DNA of 64,000 bases from an uncultured Alphaproteobacteria bacterium (GCA_902595855.1 CACJRY010000008.1:4966-68965); one strand, 5' to 3'. Positions 17,352 through 27,390 are shown, counted from the stretch's first letter. Made by a program: numbers and translations. Notes: a model not told the origin generated them from the letters alone.

Positions 17352-18881
17352 ATGAAGAAATCAGTTTTATTTTTATGTGCAGATCAGTGGAGGTGGGACT
17401 GTTTTGGTTTTATGAAACATAAGAATGTTTTAACTCCAAACATTGATAAGTTAGTAAAAAAAAGTACTGCTTTTACATCACACTATGCAGGCATCGTGCC
17501 TTGTGGTCCATCAAGAACAACTATGTTGACAGGATTATACCCTTTCATTCATCGTTCAGTTACCAATGGTGCGCCCTTAGATAAACGTTTTACAAATATT
17601 GCAAAAGAAGTTCGCAAAATCGGTTATGAACCAAACTTATATGGTTATACCGATACATCGTGGGATCCAAGATTTTTAGATCCTAAAGATGAAAAAAATT
17701 TTACATATGAATCACCTATGGAAGGATTCAATACTAAATGTCTTTTACCAGGAAGTGAACCAGAAGCTTGGGCTAAACATTTAAATAATAATGGTTTCAA
17801 AATAAATCACGCATCAGAATTATATAAAAGTCGTCAAGCAATAAAGGGTAAAGCTTTTATTCATGAACCTTATAATATACCAACTGAATTTTCTGATACA
17901 GCTTTTTTAGCAGATAGAGCAATCAAAGATTTATTATTAGAAAAAAATTCTTTTTTTAAACATGTATCTTTTTTAAAACCTCATCCACCTTTTCATGTTG
18001 CTGAACCTTGGTTTAGTCAAGTAAATCCTGATGATATCGATTTGCCAGCCTCAAATAATTCATTAGAAGAGCTTTCAGAAAGGCATCCATTACTTAAGGA
18101 GCTTTCTAAAAAATTTCAAAATGAAAAAAATTTTACTGAGATGAGGTTTTCAGAACTAACTGAAAAAGATATTAAAAATATTAAAAGTGTATATTTCGGA
18201 ATGTGCGCTGAAGTAGATCATAACATTGGTAAAATTTTAAATGCTTTAGAGACCTCTGATCAAATCAATAACACAATGATTATTTTTACAAGTGATCATG
18301 GGGAAATGTTAGGTGAAAACACTTTGTGGGGAAAATTGGGTTGGTGGGATTCATCCTATCGTATTCCACTAATTATTCATGTGCCAGGTCAACAGCATAC
18401 ATTTGTAAATGATATGACAGAATCTGTTGATCTAGCTCCAACTATATTAGATTGGTTAGGTGCAGAAATACCACTTGATTGGAACGGAAGATCACTACTA
18501 AAATATGTAAAAAATCAAAAAAATGAAATACCACCAAAAGATTACGTAGTTTTTGATTATGATTTTAGAGAATGGACATCTTTTGTAAAAAATAAAAAAC
18601 TTGCGCCAGAAGAATGTAATTTATCTGTAATTAGAACTACTAAATGGAAGTATGTACATTTTCCTTCAATGCCTTCATTGCTTTTTAATATGGATGAAGA
18701 CCCATGTGAAGTTAATAATCTATCCGAGTTACCAAAATACCAATCTATTAAAAGTGAACTTTTATCCAAATTATTAAGTCACCGCATGCTTCATCAAGAG
18801 AGACAATTATCAAACACTATGCTATCTTCAAATGGTGTTAAAACAAATTCTGGCCCATTTAATAGAAAGCAAAATAATTGA
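17352..18881 (+). CDS. Cys-type sulfatase (formylglycine-dependent) with no signal peptide
   Basis: N-terminal LFLCADQWRWD, sulfatase signature CGPSRTTMLTGLYP (C-x-P-S-R-x3-L/M-T-G), and SDHGEMLGE. Confidence 0.85.
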   Translation: MKKSVLFLCADQWRWDCFGFMKHKNVLTPNIDKLVKKSTAFTSHYAGIVPCGPSRTTMLTGLYPFIHRSVTNGAPLDKRFTNIAKEVRKIGYEPNLYGYTDTSWDPRFLDPKDEKNFTYESPMEGFNTKCLLPGSEPEAWAKHLNNNGFKINHASELYKSRQAIKGKAFIHEPYNIPTEFSDTAFLADRAIKDLLLEKNSFFKHVSFLKPHPPFHVAEPWFSQVNPDDIDLPASNNSLEELSERHPLLKELSKKFQNEKNFTEMRFSELTEKDIKNIKSVYFGMCAEVDHNIGKILNALETSDQINNTMIIFTSDHGEMLGENTLWGKLGWWDSSYRIPLIIHVPGQQHTFVNDMTESVDLAPTILDWLGAEIPLDWNGRSLLKYVKNQKNEIPPKDYVVFDYDFREWTSFVKNKKLAPEECNLSVIRTTKWKYVHFPSMPSLLFNMDEDPCEVNNLSELPKYQSIKSELLSKLLSHRMLHQERQLSNTMLSSNGVKTNSGPFNRKQNN

Positions 18882-18887
18882 ATAGAC

Positions 18888-19940
18888 ATGTTAACTACTG
18901 TTATCGGCGCTTACCCAAAACCTAATTACCTAAAAATTACAGATTGGTTTAATGCAAAAGGTGGAACAGACACAGCTAACCCAACAAAATTCTATAATGA
19001 TGAAATAAGAAAAATGGGCAACAATGCAGATAAGATTTTTAAAAAAGCAGCAGAAGATGTAATTAAAGATCAATTAGATTGTGGTATCGACATAATAACA
19101 GACGGTGAAATTAAAAGAGAAAACTACATTCATTATCATTGTAGATATTTAAATGGCGTTGATTTTAATAACCTTACAGAAAAAGTAGCAAGAACTGGCA
19201 ATTATAAATGTTGGTTGCCAACAATAACAGATAAAATATCAGCAACAGAACCTTTCTTGGTTGATGAATGGAAAAGTAATCAAAGTATATCTAGCAAACC
19301 TGTGAAGGTTACCATTCCTGGACCAATGACAATTACAGACACAATAGCAAATTCTTATTACAAATCAGATGAAGAGATGGGATATGATTTAGCGATTGCC
19401 ATTAATACTGAAATCAAAAGATTAGTTGACGCTGGGTGTAAATATATACAAGTTGATGAACCTCTTTTTGCACGAAAACCAGATAATGCTCTTAACTTTG
19501 GGATTAATAATCTTGAAAAATGTTTTGAAGGCATTAGAGATAGTAGTATTGAAAAAATCACACATATTTGTTGTGGCTATCCTGATAAAATTGATGCAAT
19601 TGACTATCCAAAAGCGCCTTTAGATTCATATAAGAAAATTGCGAAAGCATTAGATAATTCAATTATTGATAGCGTCTCAATTGAAGATGCGCATCGTTAT
19701 AATAATTTGAGCTTACTATCTGATTATGAACAGACAAAAGTAATTTTTGGTGTTATCAAAATTGCCAGTTCTTCGATTGAAACTGAAGAAGAAATTGAAA
19801 ATAGAATTAATGAAGCTCTTAAATTTATTTCAAAAGAGCAACTTATTTTGGCTCCAGATTGTGGGCTTGGACATTTATCTAGAGAACTTGCAATTCAAAA
19901 ATTGAAGATAATGTCTTCAGTGGCAAGAAATTTTAATTAA
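18888..19940 (+). CDS. Short cobalamin-independent methionine-synthase-like protein (MetE C-terminal-domain fold, Zn alkyl transferase)
   Basis: 350 aa with DGEIKRENY, IQVDEP, ITHICCGYPD and APDCGL (His/Cys...Cys Zn-ligand pattern). It starts 6 nt after the sulfatase stop. Confidence 0.75.
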   Translation: MLTTVIGAYPKPNYLKITDWFNAKGGTDTANPTKFYNDEIRKMGNNADKIFKKAAEDVIKDQLDCGIDIITDGEIKRENYIHYHCRYLNGVDFNNLTEKVARTGNYKCWLPTITDKISATEPFLVDEWKSNQSISSKPVKVTIPGPMTITDTIANSYYKSDEEMGYDLAIAINTEIKRLVDAGCKYIQVDEPLFARKPDNALNFGINNLEKCFEGIRDSSIEKITHICCGYPDKIDAIDYPKAPLDSYKKIAKALDNSIIDSVSIEDAHRYNNLSLLSDYEQTKVIFGVIKIASSSIETEEEIENRINEALKFISKEQLILAPDCGLGHLSRELAIQKLKIMSSVARNFN

Positions 19941-20014
19941 TAAGTATAGTGCAGTCTTGATCTTTCCTTGGTATTAGATATTTTTATCTCTTAATAATAT
20001 GATAATATTGATTG

Positions 20015-21079
20015 ATGGCTAATCATAATTCGATTTTAGAAGTTACTACAAAAAACCTTCAGTATAATTATAAAAAGTTATCTAGGTTAGCCAATAAATC
20101 AATTTGTGCTGCAACAATTAAATCAGATGCATATGGTACAGGTGTTTTTAATGTTTTTGACGCCCTCTACAAAGTCAACTGTAGACATTTTTTTGTAGCA
20201 ACAACTCAAGAGGCACTAGAAATAAGAAAAAAAAGATCAATTGCTAATATTTATGTATTAAATGGTTTAGAGAATAATAATATCTCTGTTTTTAGCAAAT
20301 ATAAAATTATACCAATTTTAAATGATATAGATGAATATAATTACGTTTCTAAAAATATAAAAAAATATAAAAATTTAAAATTTGGATTACATGTCGATAC
20401 AGGAATAAATAGACTTGGTATCAACTTCAAAGAATTTTTAGGATTAAAATTTGAAAATAATATTCATATTTTGATAAGTCACCTAGCAAGCTCGGATGAA
20501 TCTAAGAACTATTATAATGCTATTCAAAATACAAAATTTAGACAAGCGATTGATCTACAATTAAATGCTAAAATTAAAAGTCTTTCCAATTCATTTGCTT
20601 TAATTTTGGGAAAAAATTTCCACTTTGATTTAGTTAGGCCTGGAATTTCTTTATATGGTGGTCACCAAAATACAAAAATGAAAAAAATAATTAAACCTGT
20701 TGTTACATTAAAGGCAAAGATACTACAGATTAAAGAAATTGGTAAAAATGAATACATTGGTTACAATCAAACCTACAAAACAGTAAAAAAAATAAAAGTA
20801 GCAGTAATCGGTATTGGATACGGAGATGGAGTATCAAGATTATTAAGCAGTAAAGGAAAAGTTTTTTATAAAAAGAATAGCTATAAAATTTTAGGACGTG
20901 TTTCCATGGATACCATTACGATTGATATCACAAAAAATAGTCATCATTTAAGGGTAGGTAAATATATGGAAATATTAAATCATACCTTTGGAATTGATAG
21001 TTTAGCACAACAATGCAATACAATACCGCACGAAATTCTTACATCTATTACTAAAAGAGTAAAGCGTGTCTATATTTAA
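20015..21079 (+). CDS. alr: Alanine racemase
   Basis: PLP-lysine motif AATIKSDAYGTG, LVRPGISLYG and GRVSMD. I chose ATG 20015 over the adjacent TTG 20012. Confidence 0.85.
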   Translation: MANHNSILEVTTKNLQYNYKKLSRLANKSICAATIKSDAYGTGVFNVFDALYKVNCRHFFVATTQEALEIRKKRSIANIYVLNGLENNNISVFSKYKIIPILNDIDEYNYVSKNIKKYKNLKFGLHVDTGINRLGINFKEFLGLKFENNIHILISHLASSDESKNYYNAIQNTKFRQAIDLQLNAKIKSLSNSFALILGKNFHFDLVRPGISLYGGHQNTKMKKIIKPVVTLKAKILQIKEIGKNEYIGYNQTYKTVKKIKVAVIGIGYGDGVSRLLSSKGKVFYKKNSYKILGRVSMDTITIDITKNSHHLRVGKYMEILNHTFGIDSLAQQCNTIPHEILTSITKRVKRVYI

Positions 21080-21082
21080 TTT

Positions 21083-21943
21083 TTATAAACCGTGTAATTG
21101 ATTATAGTTTGATGCAACAGGAGATATCCAATTATCTAGAACTTTAGATCTAGTTTTGAAAACTGACACTCTTAAAGGAAAGCATTGCGCTGTGTCTGAT
21201 GAATGTTCAGAACTACAATCACCTCCAGGACAAGCGGACAATGCTCCAAGTAAATCTATTTCAGCAAAAAATTCTAAAAAATCACCTGGTCTAACTGGAC
21301 TTGCCTTCATAAAATATTGATGTGTATCAGGGGTAAAGCCTGTGCACATAAAAACATTAAGAACATCATGAACTAAAATTTCAGCTTCTTCTTTTTGTAA
21401 ATCTTTTTCTTTAACTAGAGCTCTTGTGAGATTTGAATGGCAACAATAATGGTATTGATTATTTGTAATTAAATTATTTGTATATGGATCACACCTTGTC
21501 CCAATAACGTCGTGTACTGAACCCCCATCTTTATCAAATCCATACCAATCTAGAGTGTCATAAGTGATCGTAGCAAGTGGTCTCATATAAGGAAAGGTGC
21601 TCCACATTTGATCTTTCAGCGATAGATGTGTTCCGTGTAAAGCTCGAGTTTTTCCAGAATAAAACTTTTCTTTATAATTATTTGCATTAAATAAATTTAG
21701 ATCCCCAACTTGAGGACCATCAATACTCTCTATTCTAAAAAAATATCCTGCTTTTATCTCAAAACATTTTGCATCTCTGGGTGGAATTATCACTTCGTCT
21801 ATTTTTTCTAACTCTTCTCTTGCTTGCTGGTAACTATCCCAATATGGAATTTTTAATGTATCGTTTGGATAACATATAACAGGTGATTTCAATTTTCGAC
21901 TCTCCCCATCAGAAGGTTTTTGATGTTGGGAATATTTTTTCAT
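21083..21943 (-). CDS. DUF1989 (urea-carboxylase-associated / carboxyguanidine-deiminase-like) family protein
   Basis: The pattern IPPRDAKCFEIKAGYFFRI...GPQVGDLNLFNA...TRA...RCDP...CHSNLTRAL...NVFM...PGDFLEFFAEIDLLGALSACP matches my recollection of DUF1989 conserved blocks. Confidence 0.65.
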   Translation of the reverse strand: MKKYSQHQKPSDGESRKLKSPVICYPNDTLKIPYWDSYQQAREELEKIDEVIIPPRDAKCFEIKAGYFFRIESIDGPQVGDLNLFNANNYKEKFYSGKTRALHGTHLSLKDQMWSTFPYMRPLATITYDTLDWYGFDKDGGSVHDVIGTRCDPYTNNLITNNQYHYCCHSNLTRALVKEKDLQKEEAEILVHDVLNVFMCTGFTPDTHQYFMKASPVRPGDFLEFFAEIDLLGALSACPGGDCSSEHSSDTAQCFPLRVSVFKTRSKVLDNWISPVASNYNQLHGL

Positions 21944-21969
21944 ACTTAATTTCTTTGATAAGAAAACAT

Positions 21970-22947
21970 CTAATTATATGCAATTACACTTATAATCTCA
22001 AACATAATTGATGCAGCTACCATTGAAGTAATATTATTCTTTTGATCTTTAGTGGGCATTAAACATACAACATCACCGCCAATAACATTCTTATTTTTAA
22101 CAGACTGAATCAAAGCTTTTGCTTCATCAATAGTAAAGCCAGTAAAACTAGGCTCAATGTTTGATACAGCAGGAGCAACAGTGGCATCAAGTGAGTCTAA
22201 ATCAAAAGTAATATAAAGAGGATTATCACCTATTTTGTCTAAAGTTTCTTTGATAACATCATCAATTCCTCTTTTTTTAAATTCATCCATGGTTACTACA
22301 TTGTACCCAAGGTCATAACTTGGTTGCAGCCAATCTAAAGTTCTAGGATTACCACGCATACCAATTTGCATACTAGTTTTTGGATCTATAATTCCTTGTT
22401 CAACTAAATAAGCGCCCCAATGAGCAGCACTTTTTTTTGCACCCATGAAATGATCCAATTGACTAAAGGTATCAGTGTGAGCATCAATATGTAGAAATGA
22501 TATTTTTTTTCCATTTGTTAATTCTAGATTATTACTTCCTAAGCCTTGGAGGATTCCACCTGTAATTGAATGATCTCCACCAATTGAAACAACTGGTTTT
22601 TTTTCTATTGCAATTCTCTCATAAAAATTAGTAATATCTTCAATGCATCGTTCATTGTTATTTGCATGGGGGAGAGCAACATCACCTAAATCAAATATTT
22701 TTTTTTGTTTCCAAGGATTAATATTGAAATCTAAATGTACTCTTCTTAATCCAGCAGATACATGTCTAACAGCTCTCGGGCCTAAATGTTGATCTCTTTC
22801 AGTTGTGCCGTTACCAGTACTGTGAGGTACTCCAACAAGAGCAATATCACATTTTGATATATCTTTTTGATGTTCACATCGAAACAATGTTGGTATCCCC
22901 CACCAATACATGGTCTCCATCATCAACTCATCATTTGAGTTTGTCAT
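21970..22947 (-). CDS. Ureohydrolase (arginase/agmatinase/guanidino-acid hydrolase family), second copy in the window
   Basis: GGDHSITGG, LHIDAHTDT and FDLDSLDATVAPAVS are the Mn-binding motifs. Confidence 0.85.
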   Translation of the reverse strand: MTNSNDELMMETMYWWGIPTLFRCEHQKDISKCDIALVGVPHSTGNGTTERDQHLGPRAVRHVSAGLRRVHLDFNINPWKQKKIFDLGDVALPHANNNERCIEDITNFYERIAIEKKPVVSIGGDHSITGGILQGLGSNNLELTNGKKISFLHIDAHTDTFSQLDHFMGAKKSAAHWGAYLVEQGIIDPKTSMQIGMRGNPRTLDWLQPSYDLGYNVVTMDEFKKRGIDDVIKETLDKIGDNPLYITFDLDSLDATVAPAVSNIEPSFTGFTIDEAKALIQSVKNKNVIGGDVVCLMPTKDQKNNITSMVAASIMFEIISVIAYN

Positions 22948-22957
22948 TGTTATTAGA

Positions 22958-24073
22958 TTAATTTATTGCTGTGCTTGGATCAACAAAATTATAACCCAAA
23001 TCTTCTGCTACAGCTTTGTAAGTAACATTTCCCTGGCAAACATTTAAACCTGCAAGAAAATTGGCATCACTATTTAATGCATCTCGATAGCCGCTTTGAG
23101 CTAATTGTAATACAAAAGGTAATGTTGCTGCATTTAAAGCAAGAGTGGAAGTTCTAGGAACACCTCCTGGCATATTAGCAACACAGTAATGAACAACATC
23201 ATCAATAACATAAGTAGGGTTAGCATGCGTTGTCGGCTTGCTTGTTTCTACACATCCACCTTGATCTATAGCAACATCAACAATTACAGAGCCTCTCTTC
23301 ATGACTTTAAGCATGTCTTTTGTAATTAATTTAGGTGCATTGGCACCTGGAATTAAAACACCCCCAACTAATAAATCAGTTTCAGCAACATAATCTTCTA
23401 AATTTATATCATCTGAAACAAGTGGAATGATACGATCACCAAACTTTGCTTGAAGTTCTTTTAGGCGGGCTTCTGATTTATCAACAATATGAACTTTTGC
23501 TTCCATTCCTGTTGCAATAGTTGCTGCATTTTCACCAACAACACCTCCACCCAATATAAGAACATTCCCAGGATTTACTCCAGGAGCTCCACCAATAAGT
23601 AAACCTCTGCCACCTTGAGGTTTTTCTAAGCTATGTGCTCCAGCTTGAATTGACATTCTTCCTGCTACTGCACTCATCGGTGCCAATAAAGGTAGTCTAT
23701 TATTTTCATCAGTTACAGTTTCATAAGCAATACAAATTGATTTTGAGTCAACTAAGCCTTTTGTCAATTCAGGGGCAGCAGATAAATGCAAATAGGTAAA
23801 TAATATTTGATTTTCTCTTAACATATTTACTTCTTCAGATTGAGGCTCTTTCACCTTCACAATCATGTCTGAGTCGTTGAAAACATCGGCCGCACTTGAA
23901 GCTATTTTGGCACCAGCTTTTTCATAGTCAGCATTTTCAAAACCAGCACCAAAACCTGCATTGTTTTCAACTAAGACTTCGTGTCCATGATTAGTTAGCT
24001 GCTGAACACTTTTGGGAGTAAGTCCAACTCTAGACTCCTGAGCTTTAATCTCAGAGGGAATCCCTACTTTCAT
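22958..24073 (-). CDS. ald: Alanine dehydrogenase
   Basis: 371 aa with MKVGIPSEIK..E.RVGLTP and the NAD motif LGGGVVGENAA. Confidence 0.95.
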   Translation of the reverse strand: MKVGIPSEIKAQESRVGLTPKSVQQLTNHGHEVLVENNAGFGAGFENADYEKAGAKIASSAADVFNDSDMIVKVKEPQSEEVNMLRENQILFTYLHLSAAPELTKGLVDSKSICIAYETVTDENNRLPLLAPMSAVAGRMSIQAGAHSLEKPQGGRGLLIGGAPGVNPGNVLILGGGVVGENAATIATGMEAKVHIVDKSEARLKELQAKFGDRIIPLVSDDINLEDYVAETDLLVGGVLIPGANAPKLITKDMLKVMKRGSVIVDVAIDQGGCVETSKPTTHANPTYVIDDVVHYCVANMPGGVPRTSTLALNAATLPFVLQLAQSGYRDALNSDANFLAGLNVCQGNVTYKAVAEDLGYNFVDPSTAIN

Positions 24074-25413
24074 TATTGTTCCTTGAAGTAATTAGTAATA
24101 CCAGTTCGGAGTTTCTCTATCATTTCATCAATATGTTTTTTTTCTGAAATAAATGGTGGAGCAACAATTAAACAATCGCCAGTAGCCTTTAAACTTAATC
24201 CAGAAGCAAACAAATGTTTAAAGCAAGCGTATCCAGCTTTACCTAAACGTTCATCCATCCTTAGATCAATACCACCCATCATTCCGTATCCTCTAATATC
24301 AACAATGCCCTCAATATCTTTTAAGCTGAATAAGCCATCCAAGAAATATGGTGACATTTCTTTTGCACGGTTGAATAAATCTTCTTTCTCAAAAATATCT
24401 TGCATTGCTAGCCCAGCAGCAACTGAACATGGTATTGCTGAGTACGTATAACCATGGAAAAATTCAATAGCTCCTTTTGGTGCAGCATCAACCATTGAAT
24501 CATAAATATGTTCTCGTGATGCCACGGCTCCAAGAGGTACAACACCATTGGTAATTGCTTTTGCCATTGTCATAATATCAGGCGTTACATCAAATGCTTG
24601 AGCCCCAAATGGTTCACCCATTCTACCCCAACCAGTTATTACCTCATCAAAAATAAGAAGGATGCCATGTTTATCACAGATCTCTCTTAATTTTTTTAAA
24701 TATCCTTTTGGCGGCACTAAAGTTCCAGTGGATCCTGCAACAGGCTCCACAATACATGCAGCAATGTTCTCTCCACCAATGTGCCCTGCAATTCTCTCTA
24801 AATCTTCTGCAAGGTAATCACCTGTTTCAGGTTCACCACGAACAAATTTATTTTCCGGTAAGTGAGTATGTCTTAAATGATGAGTATTAGGCATTAATAT
24901 ACTGGAAAAAGTTTTTCTATTAGCAACCATACCGCCAACCGAAATTCCACCAATATTCATTCCGTGATAACCTCTTTCGCGACCAACAATGTGATGTCGG
25001 TGTCCTTCACCTTTTGCTTTAAAGTATGCTATGGCAGTTTTGATTGCTGTATCAACTGCAGATGAACCACACATAGTAAAAAATATTCTATTTAAATCTT
25101 CAGGAGTATGTTTAGAAATTTTTCTTGCTAATTCAAAAGAACCATTAAAGCCTTGTTGAAAAGGTTGCACGTAGTCAAGTTGTTCAAGTTGTTTATAAAC
25201 AGCTTCTCTAATTTCCTGACGACCATGACCCGCAGGGCTACAAAATAATCCAGAACTTGCATCAATTAATTGATTGCCATGATGATCAGTGTAATACATT
25301 CCCTCAGCTTTAACCATTAGCCTTGGACTATCTTTAAAATCGTGATTGGATGTAAATGGCATCCAATGTTCTTCAAGTGAATTCGGTAATTCGTTTCTAT
25401 TTTCTAAATCCAT
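24073..25413 (-). CDS. Class-III omega-amino acid:pyruvate aminotransferase (taurine- or beta-alanine-pyruvate type)
   Basis: HWMPFTSN..F, GYHG and LIFDEVITGWGRMG, plus the PLP lysine in MAKAITNG. I chose ATG 25413 (MDLENRN...) over the upstream TTG 25425. The stop overlaps the ald start (TAATG). Confidence 0.85.
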   Translation of the reverse strand: MDLENRNELPNSLEEHWMPFTSNHDFKDSPRLMVKAEGMYYTDHHGNQLIDASSGLFCSPAGHGRQEIREAVYKQLEQLDYVQPFQQGFNGSFELARKISKHTPEDLNRIFFTMCGSSAVDTAIKTAIAYFKAKGEGHRHHIVGRERGYHGMNIGGISVGGMVANRKTFSSILMPNTHHLRHTHLPENKFVRGEPETGDYLAEDLERIAGHIGGENIAACIVEPVAGSTGTLVPPKGYLKKLREICDKHGILLIFDEVITGWGRMGEPFGAQAFDVTPDIMTMAKAITNGVVPLGAVASREHIYDSMVDAAPKGAIEFFHGYTYSAIPCSVAAGLAMQDIFEKEDLFNRAKEMSPYFLDGLFSLKDIEGIVDIRGYGMMGGIDLRMDERLGKAGYACFKHLFASGLSLKATGDCLIVAPPFISEKKHIDEMIEKLRTGITNYFKEQ

Positions 25414-25545
25414 AAATGTCCCCAAATAAGCAAAATTTACCTAGCCTTACATCATACAAATGGCTAATCCAAGAGGAATTCTTGCTGTTTTTCTTAATTT
25501 CGTAGGAAAAATTGACGCCCTAGTATAGAAGAAAAAAATTCAATT

Positions 25546-26457
25546 ATGCTAAGCAATAAAGAAGCCCAAATCCCTAATAATTTACTGTCGTTCGCTCAAA
25601 AGTCACCTAATCTATCGGCAGGGATTATATGTGCAAACCACGACTCATCAATGGAATCAGCAAAAAAATCAGTTGAATTAAATCTTATAGAGCCAATTTT
25701 TATAGGAGACAAAAATGCTATCAATGAAAAGGCAGATAAAATTAATTGGGATATAAGTTCTTACAATATTATTAATTCATCAACTGACATCGAAGCAGCT
25801 ACTATTGGTGCTGAATTAGCAAAAGATAATAAAATTAAAATAATGATTAAAGGAAATCTTCACACAGATATATTAATGAAGACTTATTTAAAAAAAGATT
25901 TTGGTCTTATTGAGGGAAAGAGATTAAGTCATATTTGGCATATGACGATCAATAAAGATGATAAACCTCTTTTTATAACAGACGGAGCTTTAAATGTTGC
26001 TCCACGTCTTGATGTAAAAATGCATATACTAAAAAATGTAATTAACTTTGCTAATCAAATAGACATTATGAAACCAAGAGTAGCTATCTTATCGGGAACA
26101 GAAGATCCAATTGAAAGTATGCCAAGTTCAATTGAAGCAAAAGAACTTATGGAACGTGCAACAAAAGAAAATATTAACGCCTACGTTCATGGACCTTTGG
26201 CATTTGATAACGCTGTTTCTCCTGATGCTGCAGCAATAAAAAATATTTCAAATGAAGTTGCAGGAAAAGCTGATATTTTATTAGTACCTAATTTAGAAAC
26301 AGGTAATTCATTATCTAAAATCATGGTTTATTTTATGGGCGCTTGTGCTGCCGGTTTTATTGTAGGAGGCAAGGTTCCTGTTGTGGTGACAAGTCGAGCA
26401 GATAGCTCTGCATCACGTATAGCCTCTATAGCTGCTGCTGTTATAGCAACGCAATAG
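25546..26457 (+). CDS. Phosphate acetyl/butyryl-transferase family protein (short Pta type)
   Basis: 303 aa. MIKGNLHTD, ITDGALNV, NLETGN and VVVTSRADS resemble PTA_PTB family blocks. Confidence 0.75.
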   Translation: MLSNKEAQIPNNLLSFAQKSPNLSAGIICANHDSSMESAKKSVELNLIEPIFIGDKNAINEKADKINWDISSYNIINSSTDIEAATIGAELAKDNKIKIMIKGNLHTDILMKTYLKKDFGLIEGKRLSHIWHMTINKDDKPLFITDGALNVAPRLDVKMHILKNVINFANQIDIMKPRVAILSGTEDPIESMPSSIEAKELMERATKENINAYVHGPLAFDNAVSPDAAAIKNISNEVAGKADILLVPNLETGNSLSKIMVYFMGACAAGFIVGGKVPVVVTSRADSSASRIASIAAAVIATQ

Positions 26458-27359
26458 TGAAACAAAATAAGTTAATTGTAGTTGCTTTATTAGCAATAGG
26501 TGCAACTTTTTTTGGTTCCTTTATGGGAGCAGGAGTAAAATTTCTCTCTGATGATCTTCATCCAATTATAATTTGTTTTTACCGATCTTTAATGGGTCTT
26601 ATTTTAATTACTCCATTTGTAGCAAGAAATAATTTTAAAGCTCTTCACACCAAGAATATGCGTTTACAAATTTTTAGAGCCTCCATAAATATTATCTCAA
26701 TGATCTGCTGGTTTAGTGCAATAGGCATGATGCATTTTGAAAAAGCAACCGCTCTTGGTTTTACAACGCCACTATTTACCACCGTACTTGCCATAGTAGT
26801 TTTAGGTGAAGTCATTCGTTTCCACCGCACTGCCGCACTTTTACTAGGTTTTATAGGAATAATAATCATTATAAGACCAGGTTATGTTCCATTTGAATAT
26901 GGAACAGTGTTGATGCTGATCGCTTCATTTAGTTTTTCTTTTGTGCTAATTTTTGTAAAAAAATTATCTACAACTGACTCTAGTCTCACCATAATTTTTT
27001 ATCATTTATTATACATGACACCTGTCTTTTTTATTTTATCCTTGTTCTACTGGGAAAATATAAATTTAAATCAGTTAATTATTTTTATCTTAATGGGAGC
27101 TTCAGGTTTATTATCCCATTGGTGTTTAGCTCAAGCTTTTAAAATGTCAGACACAACGTTTGTTATGCCATTACAATTTACAAAATTAATTTGGGCTTCT
27201 TTAATTGGGTTGTTTATTTTTGCCGAACAACCAGACATTTGGACATGGATTGGTGGAATTATTATATTTATTTCAGTTGTCTATATAACCTATCGTGAGG
27301 CATTTAAGAAAAAGGGCACAAAAAAACCTATACAAGTTGATCGAGCAATTATTAATTAA
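26457..27359 (+). CDS. DMT superfamily (EamA-like) transporter
   Basis: 300 aa, about 10 TM helices. The GTG start overlaps the pta-like stop (TAGTG). Confidence 0.75.
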   Translation: MKQNKLIVVALLAIGATFFGSFMGAGVKFLSDDLHPIIICFYRSLMGLILITPFVARNNFKALHTKNMRLQIFRASINIISMICWFSAIGMMHFEKATALGFTTPLFTTVLAIVVLGEVIRFHRTAALLLGFIGIIIIIRPGYVPFEYGTVLMLIASFSFSFVLIFVKKLSTTDSSLTIIFYHLLYMTPVFFILSLFYWENINLNQLIIFILMGASGLLSHWCLAQAFKMSDTTFVMPLQFTKLIWASLIGLFIFAEQPDIWTWIGGIIIFISVVYITYREAFKKKGTKKPIQVDRAIIN

Positions 27360-27390
27360 TTTATTATAAAAATTTCTTATTATTTAAATA

